Assembly: GCA_030324005.1 (NCBI GenBank) | Contig: JARDVH010000110.1 | Location: 27,174,178-27,238,177 of the forward strand | Length of the DNA stretch: 64,000 bases | Source of the DNA: Negaprion brevirostris | Lineage: Eukaryota | Direction of reading: 5' to 3' | Part shown: positions 38,130 to 49,710 of the stretch, piece by piece | Numbering within the stretch: position 1 is the stretch's first letter | Layout: each line of letters begins with the position of its first letter | Notes under the pieces: model-generated | Told to the model about the DNA's origin: nothing | The model's input: the letters and a program-made list of their open reading frames with translations, nothing else | The model's database searches: none | Program-made: the position numbers and the translations under genes

Positions 38130-38390
38130 TTCTATATTCTTCTCCAGCCCCACAACCTTCAAGATATCTGCAGTCATCTAATTCTGTTGTCTTGAGCATT
38201 ATCAATTTTGTAAACTTTATCATTGATCGCTGTGCCTTCAATTGCCCTAACATATGGAATTACTCCCCCGAAACCTCCACCTTAAAATCTACCTCTTTAA
38301 CCAAATGTGGCTAATGATACTGTATAAGGTTCTTGTTGAGTGTCTTGGAATGTCTTCATACAGTAACCTTGCTATGCAAATTCAAATTGC
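38130..38390 (+). mobile_element. L2-like LINE 3' end, decayed
   Basis: CTCCAGCCCCACAACC...CTGTGCCTTCAATTGCC...CCTTAAAATCTACCTCTTTAACCAA; complementary to the 1050-1360 element. Confidence 0.55.
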
Positions 38391-38871
38391 TATTGTTTTA
38401 GCACTCCACTCTCATAGTTGTTATTTCTTTTTGCCCATACCTGTCATTAACATTTTATAATTCACTCACTAACTTCTGCAATATTTAACAGCAACATATC
38501 ATGATATCACTAGAGAATAAGATTGACTCTGAAATCATTCTGCAAGTCCCATTCTAGAAGTGCACAGATGTGGTGGAATAGTCTAAAGATAACATCGCAA
38601 GTGACTTTTTGATTGTCAAGACATTGGACAACCAAGGGAATAGACAATATTATGAATTTCAGTCTTCAGCTGCTATTTGCATTTACCTGTCCACATTGTT
38701 TAGGTTCCATCATCAACACATCTGAGTGACCAATGGAGCATTCAGATCTGAAGGGAGAGATTGGATTTTTTTTCTGATGTGTCAGAGAGACTTGAATGAG
38801 CACAGAATTCAGATTTGACTGGATGTGGGCAGATTTTATTTTAATTTATCCTAAACCATTTTAGACAATAT

Positions 38872-38998
38872 GGCTGGAATTTTACTACCCAACTTCTACG
38901 GGAATTGGAGCCGGGTGAGGGACAGACCATGGGAAGATCCATTGACTTCAGGTCGTATTTTACAGTTTCAGGATGAACGAGGTTGTAAAGTCCTATCC
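38872..38998. mobile_element. Harbinger-type MITE
   Basis: GGCTGGAATTTTAC ... GTAAAGTCCTATCC; same family as 37158, opposite orientation. Confidence 0.65.
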
Positions 38999-39279
38999 TT
39001 TATATATTCATTAATTTGATTAAAACAGTTCCATTTTTGCATCTTTTCATTGAATATCTTCACATGTGCTTGCTTACCTTATTTCCACAATGAAAGATTT
39101 TCTCACAAATAGATCAATTCCCATTTACAAAAAAAGTAAATATTACTACATTGAATCAGTGCAAATCAGCTATCGGTTTCTGTTCTCCTTATGTTCAAGC
39201 TTTACAATCGCAAATACACAATATAACAGTTCCTGTAAATGGATAACACCTGATAAAATAAATTCATATATGTTTATAA

Positions 39280-39425
39280 ACTAGACAAATACATGAATAG
39301 GATGGGAATGGAAAGATACAGACTACGTAAGTGCATATGGTTTTAGTTTAGGCTGACATCGTGATCAGCACAGGCTTGGAAGGCCAAAGGGCCTGTTCCT
39401 GTGCTGTACTTTTCTTTGTTCTTTG
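39280..39425 (+). mobile_element. CR1 3' tail
   Basis: CTAGACAAATACATGAATAGG...GGCCAAAGGGCCTGTTCCTGTGCTGTAC followed by TCTTTGT repeats. Confidence 0.8.
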
Positions 39426-40432
39426 AATTAGCATGCACCAATGACATTAGCAGGAATGAAAGGGAAGCTTACTTGCCATTTTGTGCACTCATTGAAAGAA
39501 GGATGCTGTCCAGGACAGAGGCTAAAACTTTGCTCTTTTGTAAATAATGCTTTGGAATCTTTAATATCCATCTAAAATACTGGAAAGGCAGCCAGTGCCT
39601 CAGTTTGATGCCTATTGCAATGGACTGTGAATCCAATAAGAAGGAACTGCTTGCATCTTACCTGAGTTTAAACTGATATCATCTGTCCCTGAAGCAAAGT
39701 TATTACTTATTGGGTAAAATTGACAAAGCATGTATGTGTATAACTGAACTTAACATTAGCTGGGCGACTTCAGTTAATGTCAATGTTGAGCTGCTTGTGC
39801 ACTCCTCATGGAACCTTGTTCAATGAGAACACATTCATTGGGCAATTGTACATTGCAGTTCATGATATCCACCCATTCAACTTAGGGAGCACAAATGCAT
39901 TTTTATGGTATGTTCTCCTGGTTGGTGAGAAGTTACACTAGGAATGTGCAAACAGAAAATTAATCTTAAAAAAACATTTGCAGTCAGTGATGGAATAAAA
40001 TTAAATAAAAACTCAATAATAATTATTCATCTAATTCAAGAATGCTTTTGTGTTCATTCCAGTAAAATTATGTAAATACACTACTGAGAAGTGGCTTTAN
40101 NNNNNNNNNNNNNNNNNNNNNNNNNNNNNNNNNNNNNNNNNNNNNNNNNNNNNNNNNNNNNNNNNNNNNNNNNNNNNNNNNNNNNNNNNNNNNNNNNNNN
40201 NNNNNNNNNNNNNNNNNNNNNNNNNNNNNNNNNNNNNNNNNNNNNNNNNNNNNNNNNNNNNNNNNNNNNNNNNNNNNNNNNNNNNNNNNNNNNNNNNNNN
40301 NNNNNNNNNNNNNNNNNNNNNNNNNNNNNNNNNNNNNNNNNNNNNNNNNNNNNNNNNNNNNNNNNNNNNNNNNNNNNNNNNNNNNNNNNNNNNNNNNNNN
40401 NNNNNNNNNNNNNNNNNNNNNNNNNNNNNNNN

Positions 40433-40585
40433 TGTGGGAGGAAACCGGAGTACCCAGAGGAAACCCACGCAGACATGAGGAGAATGTGCAAACTCCACAC
40501 AGACAGTGATCCGAGCCAGGAATCAAACCCAGGACCCTGGAGCTGTGAAGCAGCCGTGCTAACTACTGTGCTACCGTGCTGCCCA
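40433..40585 (-). mobile_element. V-SINE 5' half (remainder in gap)
   Basis: Head GGGCAGCACGGTAGCACAGTAGTTAGCAC plus V-domain. Confidence 0.88.
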
Positions 40586-42920
40586 ATTATGGGGGGTTGT
40601 TACAGAATTTTAACAAATGCACTCTTATCACAGTTCAGAAATTTGTTGATTGGATATTCTGTTCTTATTCTTTTTTTTTCTTCCACATTCTGCCCCTAAT
40701 TATTCCCCTTCCTCTTATTCCAACAGTCATCTTAAGATCCCTCGCTGAAAAAGGCTATTCTTCATCTGTGAACCTGGAAATTATTGACGCCTGACTCAAC
40801 ATTCAGGGCTAACTGAGGATCTGATATTCACATCTTTGGAAAGGAAAAATCTGATTTTTGAGTTTGACTGTTTTTCAAATATAATCTAGTTACCAAATAT
40901 CTGACATTGAAAACAATACTTTCCCACTTAGCAATGGAAATTGTGATTAACCTTTTCCCCTATCTACTGTACAGACTCGAGGGTTAATTATAACTTTTAT
41001 ATTGCCACCTAACTACAATTAGCCAACACAGTATAGACCAGAAAACCGATGTGTTGCCTTCATAGTTTGTATACATCGATCGCACACCAGACAATGAGGC
41101 ATATAAAATGACTGGAAAGTGATAGAACAGTCAACTATTAATATTTATGCCATAGAATTTTTAATGGATGAAATGGATTAAAAATGAGTTATATCATCAA
41201 GCATCACGTGGCAAGGCAAAGAATCCCATGAATTGCAAATTGTCAAAAGTTGTTGGGGAACTTCTGTGCTGCACTGTTAACCTCGTGAAAATATCAGCTC
41301 ATCACGAATCTCCCCTTCAGTTTCATGGAATTGCTACATCTGCACATTAATTAAGAATTGAACTTGTCGTAGAAAGTTAAGACAGCTAATTAACAGCCTA
41401 AGGACACTTTTAATGAGATTTATGTTCCTAAAATATCCATCAATTTCCTCTGTCCAGATATGAAAGAATTGAAACTCTGGAGTCTTATTCCTATTGGTAA
41501 TAAATCAGTGAATTTCAAAAGTACAGATTCTATCTCTTTTTAAAAAGATCAATTAATTAAGATTAATTCAATCTTTCTCTTTATTTTGCTTTCTTTATTT
41601 GATTTGACTCAAATTTATCCTCCTTCCCCATCAATGCACTGTTTCTTTCTCTTTAATCTCATTAGTAAAGGAGATAAATCCAACCCTAGCCCAACATTCA
41701 CTTAGTTCCCAGATGTTCCATTGTCCCTTGCACATTGTTATCAGTTCAGTTATCCCAGCAATTTACAGAATAAAACATTTTCAATCTTTAGGATTGGGGA
41801 AAATATCTTACTTCACGTGCATACATCACTCCAACAAATTCTGAGTCACTGTTACCTTTCTGAATCCAGTTTAGTTATATTGATAATGAATGATTGTGTG
41901 CTTTTGACATTGTCTGAAACTCATTGCACAGTTGTGCAGGTATTTGGTGGATTGTGCATCAAGAAAGTAGTTTAGTTTGGTGGTAAAGTACTTTGGGATG
42001 ACTTAAGTTCAGGCTTGATGTTTTACGAATACAACTCTTTACCTTGTGTTTACATACAGTAGCAGGTTATCTTTTTAACATCATAAATATCCTATAAAAC
42101 ACTTACAATGGTTGAAAATGTAATATCACAAAGAGCAGGATTTTATGGATGGTAGGGTTTCCTGATGGGAAATGTATCCCTACTGAGACTGGCAGCCTTG
42201 CAGCCGTTTAAGCTTCACCAGGGCAATAATTGGCTCAGGATGAGACTTCTACCCTCATCTATCTCCCACCATAGTGAGCTGCTGGCCAACTAGGTTTGAG
42301 CAGCAGTCACTGCTGGGGCAACAGCCAGTCCCTGAGGAAAAGGAGCAAATGAGGACCAAACAGAAGGGAAGTTCAGGACATCAGTAAGGCTTAGCTGGCA
42401 ATGAGTGAGGGTGCTGTGAAGGCTGGGTGGGGAGAAGAATCCCCTCTTCTCACCAATTTCAGTGCCATCTCTTAATCCCATTTCATAAGATATTAATGGA
42501 TGAAGAAATCTTCTGAATCCTTTTGATTAATTCATCCAGGGAGCAGTGAATCTTCCCATCTCCACTGCATCCCCAGCTCCATTCCACACTTCATTATAGC
42601 TTCCAATTCTTTCTCAAATTGTTTCAGAGTTGTTGCCTCCATTATGCCACATTAAGTCGTAACCAATTATCAACAATCTTTGTTGCCCAGAAAACAAGTT
42701 CTACATTTCTTTAATGTCACTATTTCTAGAATGATAACATTTCCTTAGTTTTAATATAAAAAACATAACTTTTAAAAATTTGTTTACGATATTTCAGCTT
42801 CTAATATGTAAGTCCAAATCTTTCAGCGAAGCTTATAACTGAAGAATAATCAGTGCATTTTACATTCTAGTTTGCTGATATTCAATATGACCGGCTGCTT
42901 CCTATGTACATGACAACATT

Positions 42921-43227
42921 GGTGCTGAAGCACAGCTTCCTCACAGCGCCAGGGACTCGTGTTTGATTCCCAGTTTGGGTCACTGACTGTGTGGAGTTTG
43001 CACATTCTACCTGTGTCTGCGTGGGTTTCTTCAGGGTGCTTTGGTTTCCTCCCACAGTCCAAAGATGTGCAAGTTCAGTGAATTGGCTATGCTAAATTCT
43101 CCCTCAGTGTACCCGAACAGCTGCCAGAGTGTGGTGACTAGGGGATATTCACAGTAACTTCATTGCAGCGTGAATGTAAGCCTACCGGTGACCAATAAAT
43201 AATAAATAAATAAATACATAAATAAAC
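42921..43227 (+). mobile_element. V-SINE, tail type B, ending in (AAAT)n
   Basis: V-domain, then CTCCCTCAGTGTACCCGAACAG...GGGGATATTCACAGTAACTTCATTGCAGCG...AATAAATAATAAATAAA. Confidence 0.9.
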
Positions 43228-44049
43228 CTGGAGATAGCCTACACTTAGCAGCAGATTCAAATTAACAGCTGGAAAGATGAGATCTAACTNNNNNNNNNNN
43301 NNNNNNNNNNNNNNNNNNNNNNNNNNNNNNNNNNNNNNNNNNNNNNNNNNNNNNNNNNNNNNNNNNNNNNNNNNNNNNNNNNNNNNNNNNNNNNNNNNNN
43401 NNNNNNNNNNNNNNNNNNNNNNNNNNNNNNNNNNNNNNNNNNNNNNNNNNNNNNNNNNNNNNNNNNNNNNNNNNNNNNNNNNNNNNNNNNNNNNNNNNNN
43501 NNNNNNNNNNNNNNNNNNNNNNNNNNNNNNNNNNNNNNNNNNNNNNNNNNNNNNNNNNNNNNNNNNNNNNNNNNNNNNNNNNNNNNNNNNNNNNNNNNNN
43601 NNNNNNNNNNNNNNNNNNNNNNNNNNNNNNNNNNNNNNNNNNNNNNNNNNNNNNNNNNNNNNNNNNNNNNNNNNNNNNNNNNNNNNNNNNNNNNNNNNNN
43701 NNNNNNNNNNNNNNNNNNNNNNNNNNNNNNNNNNNNNNNNNNNNNNNNNNNNNNNNNNNNNNNNNNNNNNNGCAGGAAGAAGATGAATGGTCTCATCCAC
43801 TCCACCATGGTAAGTCAACCTTCAATTTACTGCAATCTCATCTGCTCATAATGGCATCATGCACACACTGCTCAGGAGCAGTGCTATTTCACATAGTATT
43901 AGGTGGGGACACATCACCACTGATTGTCTCATGGGCACTTTAATATCATCAGCATCTCGTCTATCATGCTGCACAAACTCTATCCTCAGCCCTTACTGGG
44001 GACGGCTCAACATACACAAGCATACATGCTTTCCAACCTCTCCTCCATA

Positions 44050-44640
44050 TCTTCTCTTCACTCCAGACCTTATTACAGCCTTGGTTTAAACATGGACAAA
44101 AGAGCTGAAGTCCAGATGTAAGGTGAGTGTGACTGCCCTTGACATCAAGACCACTTTAACTGAGTGTGGCATCAAGGAACCTAAACAAAACTTGAGTCAA
44201 TGGGAACCAGGGGGAAAATTCCCCTCTGGTTAACATCTTATCTAGCACAGAGGAAGATGGTTGTGCTTGCTAGAGGACAGTCATCTCAGCTCTAGGACAT
44301 CACTGNNNNNNNNNNNNNNCTCAGGGTAATATCCTTGGTCCGACCTTCTTCAGAAATTTTCGGCACCATTCACACTCTATATCTAAAGGTAAAAACCTGG
44401 ATAACACCTTGGGCCAAAATTAAGTAACATTTGTACCACACAAATGTCAGGCAACGATCACATCCAGCAAGAAAGTATTTAATCATTGCCCCTTGATATT
44501 CAATGGTACTACCATTGCTGGATCTCCACTATCAATATCCTTTAGCCAGAAAGTGAACTGGACCAGCCATATAAATGTTGTGGCAACAAGAGCGAGACAG
44601 AGGCTATTGCGGTGAGTAACTCACCACCTGACTCCCCAAG
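44050..44640 (+). mobile_element. CR1-group LINE RT fragment (family of the 30295 element)
   Basis: PDLITALV*TWTKEL...VTALDIK...VWHQG. Its 3' part (GAGTAACTCACCACCTGACTCCCCAA) overlaps the start of the 30295 copy. Confidence 0.78.
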
Positions 44641-44689
44641 CACTTCCGGTTGTTCACACCATATTTTTAAACACAGTGATTCATGCCTT

Positions 44690-45115
44690 CACACTGACAG
44701 AGCGGAGCCAGAAAAAGCCAGCAGTGGGGGATCCCGAGATTGGGGTGCTTAGGGTAAGTCCCTCCCCCCGTGGGCTACACTTACCTGTGTGTCCTAATGG
44801 GTTTCCCTCAACTGCTTCACATTTGTGAAAGGCTGTTCTAAACCTCACTGATGTGAAGACACATTATTGAGGGGATTTCTAAATGTGGGGGGAACCAGAT
44901 GATGAGATAGCCTCGCTAAGCATATTTGAATTTTTTAATATGCATCAAAATGAGGTTCCTACCCTTTCTGGGTGGGAACATTGTTACTTTACCAGTGAGG
45001 GTCAGGGAAAGTCAGAAAACAAGATCTCACCAGCGGAAATCCCATTTTCTGATTCTTGTGAGGTTTTGTGCCCACAATTTGCACTCATGATGAACATGGG
45101 TGCAAAATCACCTCC
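44690..45115. mobile_element. Non-autonomous DNA transposon remnant
   Basis: Ends in GGGTGCAAAATCACCTCC, with internal GATCTCACC/AAATCCCATTTT motifs similar to the Harbinger-type ends here. Confidence 0.4.
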
Positions 45116-45180
45116 AATGGTTCCAATTGCACCTTCTGAGAACTGTCCTCCTCTTCTTTCTCAGCTCTGGCCCTAAATCA

Positions 45181-45291
45181 CCACCCCCCCCCCAACCCAC
45201 ACCCCCCCACACGCCCACGCACCCACACACCCCCCCCCACCCCCACCACCCCCCCACACACACACCCCCCCCCCCCCCCACCCCCCCCCAC
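45181..45291. repeat. C-rich (CCCCA/CA) low-complexity run next to a gap
   Basis: Direct observation. Confidence 0.85.
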
Positions 45292-46778
45292 NNNNNNNNN
45301 NNNNNNNNNNNNNNNNNNNNNNNNNNNNNNNNNNNNNNNNNNNNNNNNNNNNNNNNNNNNNNNNNNNNNNNNNNNNNNNNNNNNNNNNNNNNNNNNNNNN
45401 NNNNNNNNNNNNNNNNNNNNNNNNNNNNNNNNNNNNNNNNNNNNNNNNNNNNNNNNNNNNNNNNNNNNNNNNNNNNNNNNNNNNNNNNNNNNNNNNNNNN
45501 NNNNNNNNNNNNNNNNNNNNNNNNNNNNNNNNNNNNNNNNNNNNNNNNNNNNNNNNNNNNNNNNNNNNNNNNNNNNNNNNNNNNNNNNNNNNNNNNNNNN
45601 NNNNNNNNNNNNNNNNNNNNGAGGTCCTCACGTCCCATGTGGACCTCACCCGTTCCCATATCGACGTTGTGTGCACAGTTTCATTCAAAGGGGACCCCCT
45701 TCCACTGGAGAGTTTTGAATGCCCCCGTGTATGACATAATCCCCTTTATAGGCTGCAGATGCCTGCACTAACCTTAAGCATCCCAGTTGCCGTCAATTTC
45801 AAGCCAGACAAGACCATGACCAATGACTGTAATACACTGAATAAGCCCTGCACACCACCAAGCTCTGCCTTATCCCAACTGAGCACTTTATCTCTCCTTA
45901 TCTCTTCCTGGAGTGGGTTTATGATGTGTGTGCCATAAATAACCCTGTAATATGGCACACAAAGCCCCAGGATTGCCTTAAATCTCTCATTCTGACTGTG
46001 AGGTCCACAAAGCCCCAGGATTGCCTTTGATCTTTTGCCTCAATATCTTGGTCCCAGACCAGAGACAGTGAGTGTCTTTCAATGAACTCTCCCATTCCTT
46101 CTTTACTGATGTAAACATGAACCCCCTCTATCCTCCTCCCCACTTTTCCTACCTCCTTGCATTTTGAGATGAGAAGGGGTGAGGGTCACATTGGGCATGG
46201 GGCCATCAACAGTGATGGGTTCTGTGTATGTGCGTGTGTGTGATTGGGGGAGGGGTTGGTTAAGGGCTGGAATATCGACCATAATTACAATGGGATCCAG
46301 GATTACTGGAGGAGGCTGGAGAAAACACAAGGGAGCTCTACCTGCACACCATGGGGCTCCAGGAAGATTGGAGACGCTCACACTAACAGAACCCTGCCTC
46401 ATATACTGGAGTTTGTGTGCAAATCCGCCCAATTCATGCAGTTCGATTCCCATTCACCTCCTTTGTGGTCTGCGTTCTAGTCTTCCACATTGGGCTGCAG
46501 CTTGTTCACACTTGGAGTCCCTTCTGCCTGCCATCGTCTTCCTCCACTATTGCTCTCTGTGTTCCCATCTTCTTTTCCCCTGCCTCCATCACAATGCTGG
46601 CCTCGTATGCAGCCCTAAATAATATTGCAGAAAACGTTGTTCCGGAGAATGAAGGAAGCCAGCAAACAGATCTACCTTACAGCCTCACCAATGTAACATC
46701 TCTGGTATTGATGAGAACCTGGAGAGACACTACTGCAGGCTGTGTTGTACTCACCTCAAAGTGGATGGCCCAGTGCAC

Positions 46779-46878
46779 AGGCAGGTGGCATGGTTAGCAC
46801 TGCTGCCTCACAATTCCAGAGACCTGGGTTTGAATCCTGGCTTGGGTCACTGTGTTGAGTTTGCACCTTCTCCCCTCT
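46779..46878 (+). mobile_element. V-SINE 5' fragment
   Basis: GGTGGCATGGTTAGCACTGCTGCCTCAC...GGTTTGAATCCTGGCTTGGGTCACTGTG. Confidence 0.8.
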
Positions 46879-47279
46879 TCCACATGTTCTCATTTCTTCT
46901 TCTACACCACATCTCACCTTTCAATCATGCATGTGACACAAGAGTCTCTGCCTCTTTGTGACACAGCCACTCAAGTAAAGAATGTGAACAACGTGCCTTC
47001 CACCAGCACAGATAGCATTATGGGTGAGGCATCATTTATTTCAGAATTAATATGAAAATGGCCAGACACTGAGGTTAGAGATAAGCAGGCAACACAGACA
47101 CCATTCATATGATAGCAAGATCTGCAACGAGTGGGGTAACGACGGTGTGTCACCTGATTGACTACAACAACTCTTAATGAAAAGGAGTCAACACAAAAGA
47201 TATGGGATGGGTTATATTCTATTTATACGTGTGAATATTAGATACATCTAATGAACACCCATGTTACCGTTGTGCTCCT

Positions 47280-48911
47280 CATATTTCTTACTTTCCTAAC
47301 CTTACTGCTACATCTTGGTGTGTCCATAGTGGAGCTATACCCTATTGTTTGTGATAACCTTGGCTGGTATCCTCTGGAGGGCTGAGACATGGAGGGCTCA
47401 GATCTATTTTGCACGTCCTCTTTGGGGCCACTTGTACCTTTCTCTGCCTGTAAAGCTGGAGCTGATGAGGGTCACAGGAAGAGGGGAGTTAGATCGGTGA
47501 GACACTCTGGCATCACCTGGGTGGGTGGCCCTGGGGTGTCCAACTGCTAGTCCTCTCCTGTATGGTTGCCCTAGGGTCCCTGGCTGATTTCTTGAGAAGA
47601 AGGGGCAACTGGAGTGAGATCGAGCTGCCCTACACCCTTCTCATGATGACACTGTTGGAGGCCCACTGTGGTTCAGCGATGGAATTCAGCCCACACAGCA
47701 GTGCAGGAGTGATATCCTGGAATAATGGCTTTATGTTGGCCACCATCCTGCCAGTGTTGACCTCAGTGCATTGGCATGATGGTGCAATCATCACTGGCTG
47801 AACATGCTCTGCCTTGTCCATTGTCTCTTGCAATCTGAGAAGTGCAGCTGACACCTTGATGTTGCAGAAGTTCCATTAACTAACTTAGGATCCAGTTCAG
47901 ATGCTGGATATCTGATTTGGTCTGAGCAGATTCCTGGCCTCCAGTAGTCCTCTGAGTGTTAGTGACCTCAATGTCCTTGCCTCCACCATTTCTGGAACAG
48001 ATTGTGTGTTGTACTCACCAGACTATGATCCTGTGCCTGCTTTACATCTAGATCCCACTGAAGTGTGTATCTGTGCATTGGTGAAGGGCGTGAGTGATTG
48101 CTGTGATGGGTGTTTCAAGGTGCTGGCCTTAGATTCCTCATATGAATCATTATTCTTGGGGCTGGAGCTGGTGTTCTTTTTAGCTGAGGATGTTGGCAGA
48201 TGTGTCTATGAGAGAAAGTGGAGATTATTAGTGCATTACAGCTGAGTAACACACAGAGCAGTGAACTCACAATAGTTTTGACAGAGGGATGATCTGGTGT
48301 GGATGACTACTGCAGACCTCATAGGCACTGCAGGAGTGGTCACCATTGTCTCCGGCCAACACAATGGCTCGGTACTCAAGTCACTCAGGACTTCGCGTTC
48401 CAGCACACCAGCTAGGACCTCTCCTTTTAGTTGTGTGTGATCTTGTCCTGCAGAAAGACAAATAGAAAGATTGTAAGTAAGAAACCTGGCAGGACAGATG
48501 AGAAAGATTTGTGGATAGTTAGTGAAGCCACGAAAGAATGAGTTGAGTTGAGGGCTGGGTTCAGATGGAGATGTAAAGGTGTATGTGAGAGACTGAGTGC
48601 TGATTTCCATTGAGTTGACAGTGAGTGAGATCCCTGTGGGTACATGATGGCCCTATGAGTTGAGAGTGATGAAATGGTTGACTTACTCTGGAGGGAAGTA
48701 GATGGAGATCATTCAACCTCTTTTTGCACTAACTGGTTAACTTCCTCTGGGCAACTTTTGTACTGACTACGGCCTCACAAACAGGATTTGTGATGTTGCC
48801 GCCTCTTGTGCAGCCAGAGTGGAGATAGAGGACATCATGATGATCCTCCATGGTGTCCAGCAGGTGCTCCAATGGAGCACCACTGAAACTGGGGGCAGCA
48901 CTCTTCTTAGG
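47280..48911 (-). pseudogene. Decayed spliced Myb/SANT-like gene of a PIF/Harbinger transposon
   Basis: 48911-48687 reads PKKSAAPSFSGAPLEHLLDTMEDHHDVLY...VCEAVVST...RKLTS*CKKRLNDL (Myb_DNA-bind_5/NAIF1-like pattern), then a GTAAGT donor. Acceptors before 48447 (DKITHN*) and 48205. TIR-like end GGAAAATTCTGCC at ~49174-86. Confidence 0.72.
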
Positions 48912-49239
48912 TTATGGGCACCAACTCTTCAATGGAGCTGTCTCGCATTGTGAACATTGAGAACTGTGCCCATTTAAATATGGCACCCAGAGTGAGAAAG
49001 TGGTGAGGTCATTTCAGTGTGGGTAAAGTGGAAGCCACTCACTTGCAATCTGGTGGGTTTCATGGGGATACGAAATAATAAGGTGGGTCAGGGATATTAC
49101 AGTTTGGAAACCTGCCATTGCAGCTAGCTGGAAAAACAGTGATTTCCTCATCCATTACCCCAGGGTAATTCAGGGAAAATTCTGCCTGATGTTTTAAACA
49201 ATAGCCTCTGTGATTATGAGCATAATATCCCCTCATGCT

Positions 49240-49710
49240 CTTTGCGCTCTTCAAAGTTTGACACAATCCTCACATCTTCTTCACGCAAAGACTTTCCATC
49301 GTCTACCTACTGGAACCATCCTCAACTGGTTTCATCTTAGCTATTCAAACATAGCCAAATTTCTCCAGCAATATTTTCTCCTGACATTCTTTAGGAACTC
49401 TTCAAGGTATTATCCTTAGTCACCGCCACTTTCTTATTTGTGTGTCAACTTTTGATGACATCACCTGCAGACATAGCTTCCACTGATAACATTCTACCTC
49501 TTCATTATTTCAACCAATCCATTCCCTTTGTATTGGTAGATTGGCAGTCTGACATCCAGTCTCAGATGAGCTGGAACTTCCTCCAACTAAACATTGCAAA
49601 GACCACCTTCAGCTCTGGCCTCAAATTCAATTAGCTCATCACTGACTTCTTACAACTCTTGTGAAACTCTTTAGGATACTTGTTAATGTTAAAGATGCTG
49701 AATAAATAAT
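49240..49710 (+). mobile_element. L2-like LINE fragments
   Basis: SDIQSQMSWNFLQLNIAKT matches the L2 RT motif (W)M..NFLQLN..KT. Confidence 0.65.

Noticed and set aside
43138-43818. Long ORFs spanning N runs (also near 1460, 25260, 31580, 40100, 45300)
   Set aside because: Artefacts of translating assembly gaps.
46103-46797. Possible Harbinger transposase ORFs
   Set aside because: No DDE motifs (e.g. DGTH, GDxGY) are visible in the translations.
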